NCBI GenBank assembly: GCA_964016885.1
Contig: OZ024741.1
Location: 164,920,001-164,984,000 of the forward strand
Reading direction: 5' to 3'
Length of the DNA: 64,000 nucleotides
Origin: Eledone cirrhosa
Lineage: Eukaryota
Shown here piece by piece: positions 13,513 through 25,237 of this stretch. The position numbers were made by a program, and so were the translations under genes. The notes below the pieces were generated by a model. The model saw only the letters and a list, made by a program, of their open reading frames with translations. It did no database searches and was not told where the DNA came from. Numbering within the stretch: the stretch's first letter is position 1; every line of letters begins with the position of its first letter.

Positions 13513-14345
13513 TACTACATATATGTGCCTACTATATATATAAGAGTTCCATCCTCATCATCAATTCTTATTTGTTGTGCTCATAATTTTGGCATTTATT
13601 ATACTGGTTGGATGCCCTTTATAACACCAGCACCACTTTACAGCATGGACTGGGTGCTTTTATTCATGCCAGAAGCACTAGAGAGGGTGTCTTACTGGAC
13701 TCAGGGGCCCTCTCTACCCCTCCATTTTACAGCATGGACTAGGTGCTTTTATTCATGCCACCAGCACTAGAGAGGTCGTCTTACTGGACTCAGGGGCCCT
13801 AACCACCCCTCCATTTTTACAGCATAATATATATATATATTTAATTATGTAATAAACAACACAAAACAATTATTCCATTGAATGGAATAATTGTTTTGTA
13901 TTATTTATTACATAATTAAATAGCTCTGTAGGATACATAGAGCACTCTCCCTTCCTTTACTCTTTCTACGGGAATACTTCATATAAACAGCTCCCACTGA
14001 GAATGATCGAAGCAAATTCTACATCTTACATATGTGATTGGTGTCTTCCAGCCTGACAATTTAAGAACTCTACGGTTATAGGAAATTAACCAACATATAT
14101 ATGTATGTATGTATGTATATATGTCAAGGCACAATTCTAGGAGAAGGAAAATCTGATATAACACCTGCAACCCTGATGGTATCCAATGATGTTGACTTGT
14201 TCTTCTTTTTGGTAAATATCATCTTGGTTAAGAGAGTGGGACTGGCTTTGTGCAGTGCCTTTGCTCACTATAAAAGCTTCACGGCACAGGCATTGCTTTA
14301 TATCTGGAGATCTCTCTGCACTTGTCGTCACATGGTACCATGGGC

Positions 14346-14507
14346 CCAGCACTATGTGTCAATAATTGTCACAAGTGTAGTGTTTGTACCAGAGTTTTCA
14401 AGTCGCTGGCTGGATTAAAAAGTCACACCCGTTCAGTGCATCGGTGGGGGTTCCCCTACATGGATATAAAGTAGTGGCCGTACTCGAAAACGAGTTGGCA
14501 GCCACCA
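14346..14507 (+). mobile_element. 3' end of a LINE encoding a C-terminal C2H2 zinc finger (probably RTE)
   Basis: 14376-14441 reads CSVCTRVFKSLAGLKSHTRSVH (C-x2-C-x12-H-x4-H), then a stop and a short UTR running into TA repeats. Confidence 0.6.
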
Positions 14508-14804
14508 TATATGTATGTATATATATATATATAATCCTTGAAAAGTTTATTATACTATGATCATTTCAATGACCGGGTTCTGTATGAATCCGGTGATATC
14601 ATCATGTCTTCGAAATATAACAAAGGAATATATAAAATCCATGGGTCTGAAAATCAGAGACAGAGAGGACGACTGACCAACTAGCTGCTTTCACCTCGGT
14701 CAGTCGCCCTCAAGTGATGGCAACTCGGTCTACTAATGACCATCTGGTGAGGGGGCGAAGGCTTATATTGTACTAACACCTCTCCGTCAGAGAGGAAAAA
14801 AAGA

Positions 14805-14857
<53 letters not shown>

Positions 14858-15076
14858 AAAAAAGAAGAAAAGTCAGCGTAAGGGTCACACTACAGTCATG
14901 CTAGAAGACACCGCGAAAAATGTTATTCCAAAGAACCCATATTTTAACAAAGGCATATATATGGGTGTCTGTATGGTCTAATGTGTGAACAGAAAATTGG
15001 AACGTTAACTTATGTTAAGAGTTATAGGATGAAATTAAATTATTAGAAAATTAATAGAAAATTAAATGTTTGTGTT

Positions 15077-15418
15077 CATCATCATCATCATTTCATTTTA
15101 CATCCGCTTTTCCCTGCTTGTAAGGGTGGGACGGGAACTGATTCTGGCTTGATTTCTACAGCTGGATGCCCTTCCTAACACCAACCCCATTTACAGTGAG
15201 TGCTGGGTGCTTTTTTGCTGTGGCACCTCCACGACCACTTTGCAGTGGAATGATAGAGGCACAAGTCCCTATCATCTCATTTCTACAGCTGAGTAAACTG
15301 GAGCAATGTGAAATAAAGTGTCTTGCTCAAGGAAACAACACATCACCCGGTCTGAGAATTGAACTCACAACCTTTCGATTGCAAGGCCAATGCTCTAACC
15401 ACTAAGCCATGTGCCTCC
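15077..15418 (-). mobile_element. tRNA-derived SINE family B with RTE-derived 3' tail
   Basis: Head GGCACATGGCTTAGTGGTTAGAGC...GAGTTCAATTC, core CCTTGAGCAAGACACTTTATTTCAC, tail GGGCATCCAGCTGTAGAAATCAAGCCAG...(GAT)n. Confidence 0.88.
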
Positions 15419-15793
15419 ATGTGTTGCGAGATTTATTTAATGAAATTACAGAGAGAGTCTTATATGAAAAAGTTTAAGTGTATTATAGGGAATCTTGATA
15501 AGTTATCAAGGTGGGATATAGAGTAAAGATAAAAGCCTTCGATCGTATATAATAAACTTTTCAAGGATTTACACCAGTCCAGCCTCCTGTTATTTTATTT
15601 ATAATAATTAACTCTGTATTAGCACCACCAACTACACAGACAAAGACGGGTGAACTGCACTATATTACATCAATAATATTACATCAAGTTTGACCATACG
15701 GAATGACCAATTCTATCCAGTGGTGAACCAACAAAACTAAATATATATATATATATATATATATATTTATTAAAATAACAGATTATATATATA

Positions 15794-16641
15794 CAGGGTG
15801 AGGACGATATTTGTTCACGGTTTTCAATGCTAATTTTATGCAAATTTTTTTTACTACGTTGTCACTCTTGTCTTCATAAAAACAGTGACTATATTTCCAT
15901 TATTTATTTTCAGAATAATTGATTATGAATAATTTTGAACCTCCAAATTTGTGGAAGAGACACGGAGTTCATTTTGGAATCCGCGCCGGGAGGACAAATA
16001 AGGAAATTTCAGACTTTCTCAGCATCAGCAGAAGAATGGTGTCTCATCCAAAGACGTGCCCAGAAACAACATTTGTCTTAGGTGTCGTCAGCAGTCAAGG
16101 TGACATCATGCCATCTCACAAGCTGAACACCGATGGCTACATCCGCGTTCTGAGCGAGGTAGTAAAGCCCTGGATCGACCAGTTAGCTGAAGGTAGGCCG
16201 TACGTGTGGCAGCAAGACTCAACGCCCTGCCATACCAGCCGAAAGACCCAAGCCTGGCTGTCAGAGAACTTCGTCAACCACATTTCACCTGACATCTGGC
16301 CTCCCAGCTCGCCTGACTGCAACCCCCTCGACTTCTTGTGTGGGGTGCAGTGGAATGAGACTCCAACAGACCTAGCTGCAATACAAAAGACGATCTGAAG
16401 GCCAGGATCACAAGTGCCTTTAGGGGCCTACGTCGGGGGACAGTGACGAAGGCCTGTAGCCGGTTTCGAGGCCGCCTTGCGGCCGTCATCAAAGTCAATG
16501 GTGGGTTTATCGAGTGAGATCGAAAGAACAAGTCATGAAGACAAACTGACCCAAGTTTGATAAATATATCTTAAAAAATAAAACTACTGTGTTATCTTTT
16601 CCTAGACAGTAATCTTGCGAACAAATATCGTCCGCACCCTG
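15794..16641 (+). mobile_element. Internally deleted Tc1/mariner transposon, DD37D (maT) family
   Basis: TIRs CAGGGTG(A/C)GGACGATATTTGTTC at both ends with TA target duplication. Transposase remnant WQQD-37 aa-D (WPPSSPDCNPLDF). The region of the first catalytic D is missing. Confidence 0.92.
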
Positions 16642-17079
16642 TATATATATATATCATCATCATCATCATCAAGGTTTAGTGTCCGTGTTCCACGCTTGCA
16701 TGGGTTTGGACGGGGGTTTTCCCACTTTAGGCAAGAGTGGTTGTCTTGCTCGCATAGGACTGTCTGGCGGGTTTTCTACAGCTGGATGCCCTTCCCAACA
16801 CCAACCACAATATATATATATATAAATCACTACCTCCTTACAGACAACTGACACTGCACACCAGGTCCGAACACGCTAGATGGCTGATTTGTGTATATCA
16901 ATGGTGTGGTGTCCATAAGAGTATATCTCTATATCTCCAGCAATGTCCTACAAACCACATACATATCTCTCTCTTACTTTCTCTCTCTAATGACATTAGT
17001 GATTGTAAAACCATTACCATACTTTGTTTAACTGAATGTTCTTTCCAGGAGATATTCACAAGGGCCTGTAACAAGCAGG

Positions 17080-17245
17080 TGTAAGCACCTTTAAGGCTTA
17101 TCTCAAGGCATTTCTTGAGTGTCCAAGCAACAGATGAACTCCTAAACCCTATCTCTAGGCGTTTTATGAGTTTCCAAGCAATAGATGGACCTCTGAAGCT
17201 TACCTCTAGGTGTTTCATGAGTTTCCAAGCAATAGATGGACATGT
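17080..17245. repeat. ~58-bp tandem repeat, about 3 copies
   Basis: Recurrent TCTAGG.GTTT.ATGAGTTTCCAAGCAATAGATGGAC. Confidence 0.75.
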
Positions 17246-18461
17246 CCAATAACACTTGTTTCACAATAGCATGGCAAAATTATAATAAAGATGGAAATAT
17301 TTTACACATGAATAAACAAACACACACACACATATATATATACAACTGGCAAGAAATCGCAATATAAAATGGTGTTTGGTGTGGTATTAAATAACAAGCA
17401 TTAGAAAAATATATCAATCAAGTTTAGCCTGCCAGAGATTAAGAGTAAATATAGAGTAGTATCTTGAACTATAGAAGGAGAAAGTTCTGTCACTATTTGA
17501 AAATGTTTCTATATCCATCATAGTATGAATTGACATTTTTAAGATGAAGTAGGTCATTTGGTAGCAACACAAGTATTAGCATACAGAAATTTTCATGTCA
17601 TTAATAGAATGTTTAATGTTATTTTCTCTCATCAATATTTAACCAGTAAGGCTTTTATTCTTAGCAGTTTTTGACAGTTCTTATACCTGTACACATTCAA
17701 CAGAAGACAGATAACAACAACACCACCAACAACAAAAGTATAACTATCAATAGCTATAGTCTAAGAATATTCATATTGAATGACATGGTAAAACAACTAT
17801 ATTATTATTGCATTTCTGCAATAGTTGATTCCTCTCATTCACAATCTCTTCTTCGTTATTGAGACGGAAAATTTCAGGTTTAACAAAATAAAATACCTAA
17901 CAATGTTGAAGAAGCAACTAGGCTAAAGAATCTTCATCAGTAGAAAAAGGATAGAAACACATTTAATCACTTCCTTGCTGACTGACATGACAAGACCAAT
18001 TTGATGTATTATGATTATCACATAGGTATATCTATATATGAAACCAAAACTCTAAACAGCCCTTTAAATCAATCTAAAAATGATTATTGAACCTCAGTGT
18101 GATTAAAATGTCAAATATAAAGAGAGACAACTAAATACCACAACTCATTTAGTTCAACACAGTACTGTTTGTGTAAAGATAGGTGCAAAATCAACAAGTT
18201 TTGATGGTAGGGAGCAGTCATTTAATCCAACACATAACTGTTTCTGCTAACATACACAAAGGCCTCAAATGTTGGTGGTAGGGAGCAGTCATTTAGTTCA
18301 ACATACTACTGTTTCTGCTAACATATACACACAAAGGAGAAACACTAAAGATACATGGCTTAGGGGTTAAAGTGTTCAGATTATGATTGCAAGGTGGTGG
18401 GTTTGAATCCCAGTGGCATGATGTCCTTGAGCAAGACACTTTATTTCGCATTACTTTAGTC

Positions 18462-18583
18462 CAGCAGTCACCAACCGGTGATCTGTGGACCACAGGTGGT
18501 CTGCAGGAAAATTCTAATGTATTTATCTTTTTAAAAAAATTCATATTAGTGGTCCATGAGGTCTGAAATGTTGCTGATCACTG
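18462..18583. mobile_element. hAT MITE inserted in a tRNA-SINE
   Basis: Termini CAGCAGTCACCAAC / GTTGCTGATCACTG. TSD CTTTAGTC/CTCTAGTC. Confidence 0.75.
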
Positions 18584-18919
18584 CTCTAGTCTACACAGCT
18601 AACAAGTTATACCTGTAATTCAAAGCGGGGTCCAGCTTTGTCACACACTGTTTCATGCTGAATCTCTCTGAGAACTACATTGAGGGTACATGTGTCTGTG
18701 GAATGCTCAGCCACTGACATGTTAATTTCACAGGTAGGATACTCCATTGTTTGAACAAGTGGAACACTCATCATCAGAACCAAACTGACAGAGGACAGAC
18801 ACACACAAACACACACACACAAACACACACACACACACACACATATATACTAAAAGGTGACAAATTTTGGTGGTTAGGTGCAGCCATTAAGTTAAACAGA
18901 GTTCCGTTTCTGCAGACAA

Positions 18920-20590
18920 TAGTGAATATATTATACACATCAGCTGTAATATTATATACATCATCTACTGAATGTAGTGTGTATATTATATATATTTTAT
19001 CCATCATATTTTATATATCATCCTTAGTATTATATATATTATTTATAGTACTATACACATCTCCGGTTGTATTTTAACGTCAATGCTAGTATTTAATAAA
19101 TTATCTGTAATATTACACACATCGTGTGTAGTATTAAATACATTGTGTGTAATATTATATATATCATCTATACTATTATATACATCATCTATAGTATTAT
19201 ATACGTCATCTATAGCAGGCATGTCAAACATGCAGCCCATTACAAGCACACCTGCGGCCTACACAAAGCGAACATGTTTTATCTTCGTCATACAAAATTT
19301 AAAAAATTAGTTGTAATGTGCGCAATTATTTGTCTTGTGTGGCCCTCAGACAACACATATGTGACCCATGTGGCCTTCGGGGACCCTCATTTGACCTGCC
19401 TGATCTAGAGTATTATATACAACTAAAAAGTCTAAAGTCTGTCTTGAGCCTGAAAGCTCATCAGGCCAGTATTTATCCCGGTTTCCTTTGTGTGAAGTGA
19501 CTGAGAGTGCAAGATGACAACCTACCCCTTTGAACAAGGTGCCAGTCCATCGAAGGGTTAAACCCTCATCTATTGCTGGTACTCATTTTCAGCTGAGTAT
19601 ACTGGAGCAATGTGAAATGAAGTGTTTTGCTCAAGAACATAACACATAATCCAGTCTAACACCCTTACAGCTAGGCCACGAGTCTCCACTAGATACATGT
19701 GCCTCCATTATATACATCCTATGTAGCATTCTATACATTATCAGTAGTATTATATACATCATTTGTAGTATTTTATACACCATCTATAGTGTTTTATAGA
19801 TCAACAGTTGAGAGTAGCATGTATATTATATATACATCATCAGCAGTATTTTACATATCATCTGTTGACAGTAGTGTGTATATTATATACATCTTCCATT
19901 ATATTTTCTACATCATCTATAGTATTTTCTACATCATCTGCTGACACTCATGTGTATATTATATACACCTGTAGCATTTTATGCATTATCTGCTGACAGT
20001 TATATGTATATTAGATATACAATATCGGATTTTTTTAATATATCACCTGCAGACAGTAGTGTGTATATTTTATACATCATCAGTTGACACTCGTGTGTAT
20101 ATTATATTCACCTGTAGTATTTTATGCATTATCTGATGACAGTTATGTGTATATTAGTGGTGTGTATATTATATACATCATCTGTTGACAGTACTGTGTA
20201 TATTTAATACATCACCGGTAATATTTTATACATCATCTGTTGACAGTAGTGTGTATATTATATACATCATCTGTAGTATTTTATACATCATCTGTTGACA
20301 GTAGAGTGTACATTTTATACATCATCTGTTGACAGTAGTGTGTATATTATATACATCTTCTGCAGTATTATATACATCATCTGTTGACTGTAGTGAGTAT
20401 ATTATATACATCATCTGTAGTATTTTATACATCATCTGTTGACAGTAGTGTGTATATTATATACATCACCGGTAATATTTTATACATTATTTGTAGTATT
20501 TTATACATCGTCAGCTGACAATATGTGTATATTATATATACATCATCTGCTGACAGTAACATGTATATTATATATATACATCATACATCT
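18920..20590. repeat. Degenerate AT-rich satellite interrupted by a MITE and a SINE
   Basis: Recurrent TATACATCATCTGTTGACAGTAGTGTGTATATTA / CATCATCTGTAGTATTT units. Confidence 0.85.
19216..19402. mobile_element. hAT MITE
   Basis: TIR CAGGCATGTCAAA / TTTGACCTGCCTG. TSD ATCTATAG/ATCTAGAG. Confidence 0.82.
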
Positions 20591-21290
20591 AATCCTCCTT
20601 TCATGTCTCTCTTGCCTTAATCTTCCATAATTACTTTCAGTTACGTTTCACTTATATTTATTAAATCTATTTACTCTACTCTGTAATTATTTGGGTGTGT
20701 TTTTTGTGTGTATGTATGTGTATGTTCAGTTAGTGTGTGAAAGTGTGTTGAAAGTGTGTTTGAGTTTGTATGTGTATGTATGTTTATTTTTATGTGTGTA
20801 AGGGGTGCATGTTTAAGAAAATGTGTATGAATATGTGTATTTATGCAATTAGATGTATTTGTAAATGTGAATGTGTGCATTTATGTGGGGGTATGTGCAT
20901 GAATGTATGTGTGTAGTTGTGCATGTGTATTTATAAGCACATCAATTCCAATATCCCCCCCCCCCGCCCTTTGTATCAGTTCCAGAGGTGCATTTATTCA
21001 TATATATATTTGGTTATACCATTTTCCCTCCATGTAGCAGTTTCTACCATAGACACAAATCCAAAAATTTGGTGGAAGCAGTTAAGTGGATTGAATTGAT
21101 CTCAATAGATGACTGGTACTACATTTTACTGCACCTCCCACTCCGAAGAACGAAATGACACCCCATGGCTGGTGGTTCGTTTTTTTCCCATGACGAAGAA
21201 AGATTGTCCTAGTATTATTGCCATGCTTTGACACATAGAGTTACGGCCCTTTCTATTCTGAGTTCAAATCCTGCCGAGGTCAACTTTTTT

Positions 21291-23318
21291 TGAGTGTATG
21301 TCCGTGGGTAAGTTCCTAAGGTAGTTCCGTAGAGGGTGTGAAGAGGTGCCGGATATTTTCCATGTTATGGAGTGGATAGTGGGAACGATGGCCAATGGTG
21401 TGTAATCCGTGGTTGTGGTAGTCGGAAGAAGGGAGATGTGGGGTGCGCGCGCAACAGGAAGTGGTCAGAGGGTCAAGGCAGGATGAGGGTAGAGGAGAAT
21501 GACAGGTGGAGAGGACTGTGTGTCTGTGTGTGCGGAGAAGTGGTCAGAGGGTCAAGGCAGGAGAAGGCATAGCAGCAGTAGAGGAGAATGGCAGGTGGAG
21601 AAAGTCAGTGTGTGCGGAGGTGCGGTGGACAGGGGAGAGGATGGGTAGGTGTGAAAGGTGGAGTGGGGAGGGGGTCATGCGAGGGGATGGGGTGTGTATT
21701 AGTAGAGGTGTTAGTGGGATGTGTGTGTGTGTGTGTGTGTGTGTGTGAAGGGGTGTGGGCGGAGCGGGGAGAGGGAGAGAAAAGGTGTGGGGGATGGTAG
21801 AGGGAGTGTAGTGTACTGGTGTGTGTGTGTGTTTGGATGACTGTGTGTGGTGAAGGGGGTGTTAGTGGAGGTCAGTGGTGGTAGGGTGTGTAGAGTGGGT
21901 GGTGTAAATGGGTGTGGGAGGGTGTGTGTCTTCGTGTGCGTGGGGTCGGGGGGATGTTAGTGGTATTAGTTGTGGGGTGGTTGGAGTGGATGTGTGGGTG
22001 AGGGTTAGTGGTAGTAGTAGGGTGTGTGGATAGTGTGAGTGCGTGTATATATGTACCGGTGGGTGTGTGCGTGATGGGGGAGGGGTGGGTATGTTAGTAG
22101 TGGGGTGGGCGGTGAAAAGGAGGAGTGTGTTAGTGGTGGTAGTGGGGGATATGTGTGTGTTTGGGTGGAACAGGGTGGTCAAAGGCTAAAGGAATAGGGG
22201 TGGGGAGTTCAGGCCGGGAGGAGTGTGGGTTTGTAGGGTGAAGATGGTACGTTGTTCGACCCTGAGGTGGGTGTTCCGTGGCATTGGAGTAGGCCACAGA
22301 CTGTGAGGTGATGCGCGGGATGTCCAGGGGAGCCAAAGTGGCGGGCGATGGGGGAACTCCCGCTGAGACAAATATCCCGGAGGTGTTCAGTGAAACGGTC
22401 CGCCAGGCAACGTCCAGTCTGTCCGATGTAGGTTGTGCTGCACGGAGTGCAGCAAAGTCCATAGACTAGGTTGGTGGAGGTGCAGCGGAAGGCGTGCCGG
22501 ACAGAGAGAGAGTGGCTGTTGGGACCCTGGAAGGTGGTGGTGTTGGTGATGTGGGAGCAGGTGTTGCAACGAGGCCTGGAACAGGGAAGAGAACCCGGTG
22601 AGAAAGAGCGTGGGTTGGTGGTAGGGAGCTGCAGAGATTGTGTGCGCGTTTGAAGGAGGGGAGTGGTGGGGATGGGAAGATGTGGGAGGTGGAGGGGTCG
22701 GACTGGAAGCGGAGGATGGTGCGATGGAGGGGTAGGGTGGAGTAGTGGTAGGTGATGGGGAAGGGGAGACGGTGGGTGGGTGTGCGGTGGCGTGGGGTGA
22801 GGGTGGTGGAGCGGTGGAAGCATGGGCGCGAGTGAGGGCGGTGTGGACGAGGGAGGGGGGTAACCTCTGCGGATGAAATGGCTGACTAGGGAAAGGGCCT
22901 GGGACTCAAAGTCAGCATCTTGGCTGCAGAGGCGGCGGATCCTGAGGGGTTCGGAGTAGGGAATAGAGTGTTTAGTGCGTGTGGGTGGGAGGAGGTGAAG
23001 TCGAGGTAGGAGTGGGAGTTGGTGGGTTTGAAGAAGGCGGAGGTGACAAGGGAGTGGTGGGAGGGGTCGATGGCGATGGAGATGTCTAAGAAGTGGACGT
23101 GGGTGGTGGAGATAGAGGTGGTGAAGTGGAGGGAGGGGTGGAAGGAGCAGAAGAAGGAGAGAAAGGAGTCGAGCTGTTCTCGGGTGAGGGTCGTGGCTCC
23201 GATACAGTCGTCGATGTAACGACCATACAGTTCGGGCGTGGGGCCGGTGTACTGGGTAAAGATTTGGGCCTCAACATGGCCAACAAAAAGGTTGGCATAG
23301 TTTGGGCCCATTCTTGTG
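21291..23318 (-). mobile_element. 5'-truncated Penelope-like element (RT C-half, GIY-YIG endonuclease, C-rich 3' region)
   Basis: MGPNYANLF, RYIDD, FLD, KPTNSHSYLDFTSSHP, then after a frameshift CSRPRCNTC...FRCTSTNLVYGLCCTPCSTTYIGQTGRCLADRFTEH...PIARHF. Interrupts a SINE at ~21290. The 3' boundary is approximate. Confidence 0.9.
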
Positions 23319-23846
23319 ATAGTAATAATAATAAATGTGAAGACTAAATCCAAAGAGGGCTCGATAAGGATAAATATATAAGAACCTTAGAGCAAATATT
23401 TATTAAAAGTTTAAGAAAAGAATTGCGGGATCTTCTGAAACTAAAAAAATCAATCTGTGAATGCAGAAGTAAATATTTCGCAAATATTTGCAACCGAAGG
23501 AAAATAGGAAGATGATACTTTGGTTTGTGAAGACGTTCCCTGGCAATGAACGGAAAAAAGTGAAGATAATACGTCATTATGTGGACCAATGAGAACAATT
23601 ACACGCAAAGACAAAACCACGTTTATGGTATAAATGAAGTCGTAGACTAGGAAACCGAATGATTCTCGGCTTCAGAGTTAAGAATAATGTAAATAAATTA
23701 GTAGAACGAAAATGACAGAGGTTATTAAAATCAATAATAATTAAATATATATAAGGTCCCGTTAAGGGTGAAAGCAGTGATTCTTTGCTTAAACTTTAAT
23801 CTGTTATTTTAATAAATATATATATATATATATATAGTAATAATAA

Positions 23847-23889
<43 letters not shown>

Positions 23890-23890
<1 letters not shown>

Positions 23891-24986
23891 GGAGGCTATT
23901 GACTATCTACAACATGTTCCATAGGAAACTATTGACTATCTACAACATGTTCCATAGGAAGCTATTGACTATCTACAACATGTTCCACAAGAGGAGTGAT
24001 GTCGATAGACTCTACTTAGGAGATCTGAAGGTGGAAGAGGTCTTATCAGCATAGAGGACTGTGTTCAGATGGAGAAAAACAACCTACACAAATACGTGAC
24101 CGATAGTAAGGAGCCAATGCTCAGAATTGTACTGAAGGAGAGGACAATAGACCAGGGGATGTCCAAGGAGGAAATAACAACAAGGAGAAAGAGCAGCCTT
24201 CATGAAAAATCCCTTCATAGTACCTTCTTTGAGAAAACGGAATTCAGAGATCCACAGACATGGAACTGGTTGAAAAGAGGAGACCTTAAAAAGGCTACAG
24301 AAGGAATGCTAATGGCTGCGCAAAAACAGGCCCTCAAATCGAAATGGCTGAAACACCATATTTACAAGGAGGAGGCTAGCCCACTGTGCAGGATCTGTGG
24401 AGAGAGAGAGGAGACTGTAACTCACATTGTATCCGAGTGTAAACACCTAGCCCAGACTCACTATAAAGGCTGGAGACATGATGTGATGGGCAGGGTGATC
24501 CACTGGCACCTATGCAAAGTAAACAATTTACCACATTCTGAGAAGTGGTATGAGCATAAGCCAGAGTCGGTGATAGAAACTGGAACACAATAGACCTGAC
24601 CTGGTGGTTTTGGACAAGGAAAAAAGATCGTGCCTGATTGTGGATGTGGCCTGCCCATTCGACACGAGAGTGCAAGAGAAGGAGAGGGAGAAAATTAACC
24701 GATACCAGGACTTAAAGTGGGAGGTAAAAAGGATTTGGAGCTGCCATGAAGTCAAGGTGGTCCCGATTGTCATAGGCGCACTAGGTACTATCTCAAAGAG
24801 TTTTCAGGGATGGTTAAAGAAAATTGGCCCCGCCCCGCTTTTTGGAACACTTCAAAAGGCATGCTTGCTGGGAACAGCAACAACTCTCCGATACGTCCTG
24901 AATATCTGAGGCTGCAGGTAGTGGCTTGATATTCATTTCAACAAACTTTCCAGTTAAATAACATCAATGACTGAGACTCAAAGAAC

Positions 24987-25020
<34 letters not shown>
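23890..25020 (+). mobile_element. 5'-truncated Dong/R4-type non-LTR retrotransposon (restriction-like endonuclease) in (TAA)n
   Basis: RKLLT..FHKRSDVDRLYL/EGGRGL, CCHC knuckle CRICGEREETVTHIVSEC, RHD, RPDLVVLD...IVDVACPFD, EKINRYQDL, PIVIGALG. Contains frameshifts. (AAT)n on both sides. Confidence 0.9.
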
Positions 25021-25024
<4 letters not shown>

Positions 25025-25237
25025 TATATATATATATATATATATAAGAAAATGAGGTTTTTAATGAAAAAAAATGAGATGTCCTACACGAGTGAAAGTA
25101 TAAGGAAAAGAAATCGAAAATGCAACTTGAGTCTTTTTAAGAATATTTATTTGTTTCCTTTACCGGGTTCACAGTTCTTATGATTTTCAAAAGTAGAATT
25201 GAGATGGAGGGTTTGTAGTTTTTCTCACATATATATA

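Noticed and set aside
14376-14441. Exon of a host C2H2 zinc-finger gene
   Set aside because: A single finger with no TGEKP linker, followed by a stop and a short tail into TA repeats, fits a LINE C-terminus better.
15330-15418. tRNA gene (TGC anticodon-like head)
   Set aside because: Continues directly into a SINE core and tail, and the cloverleaf is imperfect.
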